Positions 63,233 through 64,000 of a stretch of DNA of 64,000 nt are shown piece by piece. The stretch lies in contig DAOUIF010000013.1 of NCBI GenBank assembly GCA_034423575.1, positions 2,367 to 66,366 on the forward strand, given 5' to 3'. Under the pieces are notes generated by a model. It had not been told where the DNA came from. It saw nothing but the letters and a program-made list of their open reading frames with translations, and did no database searches. Source of the DNA: Dehalococcoidia bacterium (GTDB lineage Bacteria; Chloroflexota; Dehalococcoidia; Lucifugimonadales; UBA3495). The translations under genes and the position numbers were made by a program. The first letter of the stretch is position 1. Each line of letters starts with the position of its first letter.

Positions 63233-63817
63233 CTACTGTGTCGTCGGGGGCATAAATTCGCGCAGTTCCAGGGTCACGTCGGGAAATGCCTGTGGGGTGA
63301 TGGCGCCACCGGCGGGAATGATGCGGACGGTGGTGTACTCGGTTCCCACCGGATCGGTACGGACCTCGACTTCGCCGGCGCGCAGATTGACTATCCAGAA
63401 TTCCGGGATGCCGGCAGCAGCATAGAACTCTGACTTCGGACCATAGTCGTACTCCAGCGAACTGTCGGCTACTTCAATCAGCAGCAGCACGTCCTCCGGC
63501 GTCGCCGTCTCGGCATAGTAGTCAGGCCGGGGCCGCAGCAGGACGATGTCCGGTTCCGGCATTCCATGTTCGTCCAGCTGTATGGAACCCTGCACCCGCA
63601 CGATAGCGCGACCCACCAGAAGCGGAACCAGCAGCATATTCAAAGCGTCGGTGCAGAAAAGGTGCCGGTTCCCAATTGCCGCCATCTGAATGATCTCCCC
63701 GGCCAGCAGCTCAACGTGCTCATCCTCATGCAGAATGCCGGCCTCGCCCATGGCCAGGTATTCGGCCACGGTGAAGAGCCGGCGCTGGATTTGGGGGCGG
63801 GTTGCAGTGGGGATCAT
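63233..63817 (-). CDS. Uma2 family (DUF820) PD-(D/E)xK endonuclease
   Basis: 194 aa. FTVAEYLAMGEAGIL...ELL.GEI..M....H, PEPDIVLL, LLIEVADSSL..D...K...YA.AGIPEFWIVNL. Confidence 0.8.
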   Translation of the reverse strand: MIPTATRPQIQRRLFTVAEYLAMGEAGILHEDEHVELLAGEIIQMAAIGNRHLFCTDALNMLLVPLLVGRAIVRVQGSIQLDEHGMPEPDIVLLRPRPDYYAETATPEDVLLLIEVADSSLEYDYGPKSEFYAAAGIPEFWIVNLRAGEVEVRTDPVGTEYTTVRIIPAGGAITPQAFPDVTLELREFMPPTTQ

Positions 63818-64000
63818 CGGATCGCCTCTGCTTTGCTGAAAACCTTGGTTTCCCGGTTCTGCACTACTTGACCCCGCGCCATCAATCCGCCCAACACTGA
63901 ATAGGTCAGATAGTTCCGCTGCCCCTCACGGATGGACGAGCGCAAGCCCAACGTATCCGCAATCTGCGAGTTGCGCAAACCGTTGGGATGGCCATCGAGC
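63814..64000 (-). CDS. partial CDS (C-terminal 61 aa), probable winged-helix/HTH protein
   Basis: Not in the track (open at the window edge). My reverse-complement translation reads ...LDGHPNGLRNSQIADTLGLRSSIREGQRNYLTYSVLGGLMARGQVVQNRETKVFSKAEAIR*. Its TGA overlaps the Uma2 ATG (ATGA). Confidence 0.5.
   Translation of the reverse strand, partial: LDGHPNGLRNSQIADTLGLRSSIREGQRNYLTYSVLGGLMARGQVVQNRETKVFSKAEAIR

Overview
This is a high-GC window (low-to-mid 60s % by eye) that is densely coding, with about 66 protein genes. I found no rRNA, tRNA, CRISPR array, transposase or integrase.

Most of the window is a paralogue-rich oxidative and catabolic landscape:
- 3 luciferase-like (LLM) flavin monooxygenases
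- 3 GMC oxidoreductases, one truncated at the left edge
- 2 LigB-type extradiol dioxygenase homologues and 2 VOC/glyoxalase proteins
- 3 amidohydrolases, one of them ACMSD-type
- an HpaB-type hydroxylase, a dienelactone hydrolase, a CMD/AhpD-like protein and a beta-propeller lactonase
- 2 PuuE-like deacetylases, several Rossmann dehydrogenases and 4 MFS transporters

This gene content, together with the repeat families, looks like a Chloroflexota (SAR202-like) chromosome. That assignment is inference only. Housekeeping anchors are alaS-ruvX (53205-56426), galU and a UDP-sugar dehydrogenase.

The most accessory-looking stretch is 34.0-37.5 kb. It holds a stand-alone retropepsin-like protease and a brnT/brnA toxin-antitoxin pair. 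It also holds a reduced-GC gene for an unplaceable 276-aa acidic coiled-coil protein, directly downstream of a RadD-like SF2 helicase with a multi-CxxC zinc ribbon.

Other items worth a second look:
- two families of intergenic MITE/REP-like inverted-repeat elements (4 copies of about 93 bp, 2 copies of about 100 bp), plus a pair of related GC-rich hairpins bracketing a small ORF
- a small 2xCxxCxxC protein inside a LigB-like / beta-helix / GMC operon
- a solitary AAA+ ATPase with an AT-rich, apparently leaderless promoter overlapped by a palindrome
- a signal-peptide-less DUF1800-DUF1501-NHL operon behind a structured leader
- several enzymes whose family active-site motifs look altered

All family calls come from reading the supplied translations and from motifs I remember. 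No database search was run.
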